DNA of 64,000 bases from assembly GCF_009914755.1 (NCBI RefSeq), contig NC_060935.1. One strand, written 5' to 3'. A model generated the notes under the pieces. That model made no database searches. It saw only the letters and a list, made by a program, of their open reading frames with translations, and had not been told where the DNA came from. This document shows, one piece after another, positions 61,031 to 64,000 of this stretch. Both the position numbers and the translations under genes were made by a program. This stretch comes from the human T2T-CHM13v2.0 reference genome, Homo sapiens. How positions within the stretch are numbered: the stretch's first letter is position 1; each line of letters begins with the position of its first letter.

Positions 61031-63179
61031 CGCCGCACAGCTGAACTCTCCCCTCCTGTGCCCACATCTCTGGACTGCCAGGTCCTCTGTTTTCTATTCT
61101 CGTCCACATACAAGTTCCCTCCTTTCACTTCTAACCAAAGCTGTGGCCGGTCCTTTTAGGTCAAAACTGCCCCATTCTTGGGTCCTTAATTTTAGCGTGT
61201 TTCTTGGGTGGCCACAGCGTACTCCGGAATGCTATGGAGTGACAGTTTTCCGGAAGCTCCTGGGCGACAGGCATGCTCAGCCTCTAGCAGCTTCCAATTC
61301 CCTTCTGCTGCACACCCACACATCTGCTAGATCAGCTCTTACACTCCAAACTCTGCCCCTGTAAACTCCTTAGCAACTGCCCTATTTTCTGGAGAGTATG
61401 TAGCAGGAAAGTCTGAGACCAGCATGATTTTCCAAAGCTTTCAGGTAACTGTGCTGTCTCTGCCTAGCTGCTATGACTTATTTTTATTAATAACTTTAAA
61501 GGCTTTGAGCAAAGCCAGCTTTCTGGGTGGCACATGGGACTCCCCTGCCAGCATGCCCGTGCCTGTCACCGATGCCTGCTCACATTGGATCCTGCCTGCT
61601 TCTGCCACACTCAGCGTCATCCTCTCATTCCCATCTCCTCCCACTGCCCTCTGCACTGTGGCTAGAAAACTCTAGGATGAGCGTCCTGTGACATCAACTG
61701 CTCTGCTGAAGTGACCTCCTCGATGTTTATGGAAGCATCTGCCCATTCACTATGACTGCACACAACCACATGCTGTTCTGGTGCAGGAGACACTGTGGAC
61801 ACCGTGGGGACACACGGGCACCGCTGCCTCCCCCACAACGGGCAAGAGACGCACGTCAGACAGCAGACACCGTGGGGACACACGGGCACCGCTGCTTTCC
61901 CCACAATGGGCAAGAGATGCGCGGCAGACACACGGCGCAGCAGACGGCGTTACCACTGCAGGGAGTGACCAGCTAGGAGGACCGGGTATGCGGGCTGCAG
62001 GATCTGGAGGAAGAGCTGCAGGAAGCGGGAGGAGAACGGCCAGGGAAGAGGAAGGTCAGGAGTGACTAGGGTGAGGAAAACATGGGCCCAGCTGGAGCAG
62101 GCTCGGCAGGACAGTGCCCACGAGAAAGGCCCACGCGGGAACGGACCTACTCTGGCCACGCTGCAGGGGCTGAGCGGGGGCAGTGGGTGGGTGCGGGGGG
62201 CTCCAGGCCTGGACGGGCTGAAGGTGGCGCCTGTGCTGAGGGTCAGGCCTGAAGGGCAAGAGGTGGACATGAACCTGGAGCACCAGCAGCACGAGGGCTT
62301 TGGGCCTCAGCTTCCAGAGTGTGGGGCAGCCACCTGCGGACACGGGGGAGAAGCCGGGAGGGTGGCCCGAGAGCTCCACCTTGGGCACACGGAGTCCGGA
62401 GTGCCCACGGAACACCTGGGGAGGCCATGTGGCCATGGTCCGTACCTAGGGATCTGGGGTGGAGCTGAGTGGTCGGCTCAGGCTGGGGCCAGCACATGGG
62501 TGTTTAGACCCACAGGGATGCAGAAGTCACCGGGATGTGTGGGCAGAGAGGGGAGGAGGGCTGAGGACCAGACCCCTTGGCATCCCACTGGGGCCCCAGG
62601 AGACAACAAGGGGAAGCAGCGAGGGGACGCAAGCAGGGAACCACCTGTGTGGCCGCCCAGAAGCCAAGAGAAGCAGGAAACAGGGGCTGAGCTACCTGGC
62701 CCAGTGAGGAGGCAGGAATGTTTCCCACCACTGGAGCTGCGCCACAGAAGGCTGGGTGAGCTCACGTGGAGGAAACAGGCTGCCTGTGGTGGGCTCCAGG
62801 GTGCGGGAGAGGACCAAGGGGGGCCAGAGGCGTGGGCAACGCCAGGGCCACCTCCAAGGCCCAGCCAGCTCTGGAGCTTGAACTGTGTGAGGTGGAGTGC
62901 CCTGCGGTCACCAGGCCCTGCCAGGAGGTGGCGGCTGAGGACGGGTGATGGCACTGGCTGGCCTGGTGGCAGCTGGCACAGGAATGCATGGGCTTACGGG
63001 AGTTCACTGGGTGGGCAGAGGGATCGGCCACACCAGCACAGTAACAGCTGCACAAGCAAGGGTCTGAGACACGCCGCGAGGAAGGGGTGACGGTGTAGCT
63101 GTGCTCACCACACCATGAAGCCCCTGAAAGCAAGTCTTATTTGTGAGGTCCACGGCGATTCTTCTGCCTGCTGTATTTG

Positions 63180-64000
63180 TGCATTTCTATGAAAGCCGTG
63201 TGGCTCACAGTGTGTCTCCTTTCCCTGCATTTCTACGAAAGCCCGCGTGGCTCACAGTGTGTCTCCTTTCCCTGCATTTCTACAAAAGCCCGCATGGCTC
63301 AGTGTGTCTCCTTTCCCTGCATTTCTATGAAAGCCGTGTGGCTCACAGTGTGTCTCCTTTCCCTGCATTTCTACGAAAGCCCGCGTGGCTCACAGTGTGT
63401 CTCCTTTCCCTGCATTTCTACGAAAGCCCGCGTGGCTCACAGTGTGTCTCCTTTCCCTGCATTTCTACGAAAGCCCGCGTGGCTCACGGTGTGTCTCCTT
63501 TCCCTGCATTTCTACGAAAGCCCGCATGGCTCAGTGTGTCTCCTTTCCCTGCATTTCTACGAAAGCCGCGTGGCTCACAGTGTGTCTCCTTTCCCTGCAT
63601 TTCTACGAAAGCCCGCGTGGCTCACGGTGTGTCTCCTTTCCCTGCATTTCTACGAAAGCCCGCGTGGCTCACGGTGTGTCTCCTTTCCCTGCATTTCTAC
63701 GAAAGCCCGCGTGGCTCACGGTGTGTCTCCTTTCCCTGCATTTCTACGAAAGCCCGCGTGGCTCACGGTGTGTCTCCTTTCCCTGCATTTCTACGAAAGC
63801 CCGCGTGGCTCACGGTGTGTCTCCTTTCCCTGCATTTCTACGAAAGCCCGCGTGGCTCACGGTGTGTCTCCTTTCCCTGCATTTCTACGAAAGCCCGCGT
63901 GGCTCACGGTGTGTCTCCTTTCCCTGCATTTCTACGAAAGCCCGCGTGGCTCACGGTGTGTCTCCTTTCCCTGCATTTCTACGAAAGCCCGCATGGCTCA
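63180..64000. repeat. 47-bp minisatellite (GCATTTCTACGAAAGCCCGCGTGGCTCACGGTGTGTCTCCTTTCCCT), at least 17 copies, running off the window
   Basis: Direct reading; near-perfect units. Confidence 0.96.

Noticed and set aside
62062-63090. 342-aa + strand ORF in TOLLIP intron 2
   Set aside because: Non-ATG start, low-complexity G/R/P composition and no recognisable domain.

Overview
Human (primate) chromosome 11p15.5, recognised from the translated exons. The + strand carries the 3' ~31 kb of the gel-forming mucin gene MUC5B: 37 exons, which I number 13-49 from the known 49-exon structure. They include the 10,890-bp central exon (7 CysD domains plus PTS repeats), the D4/C/CK C-terminus, a stop at 30782-30784 and AATAAA at 31327. 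The intronic tailed mirtron MIR6744 lies at 25781-25846. A ~12-kb intergenic stretch follows, with Alus, a nested THE1 provirus, old L1 pieces and an orphan CpG island. The convergent gene TOLLIP lies on the - strand (exons 3-6 and a ~2.65-kb 3' UTR). There is no prokaryotic system, CRISPR array, tRNA or rRNA. The most unusual structures are tandem repeats built from functional signals. Two MUC5B introns consist of tandemly amplified copies of their own 5' splice site, and one of these also defines in-frame 30-nt pseudo-exons. A TOLLIP intron has a four-copy array of an L1 3' end punctuated by its target-site duplication. Two other TOLLIP intronic minisatellites repeat near-kappaB/E-box and GAS-like motifs. 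All coordinates were read by hand, and repeat subfamily names are from recall of consensus sequences, not from a RepeatMasker run.
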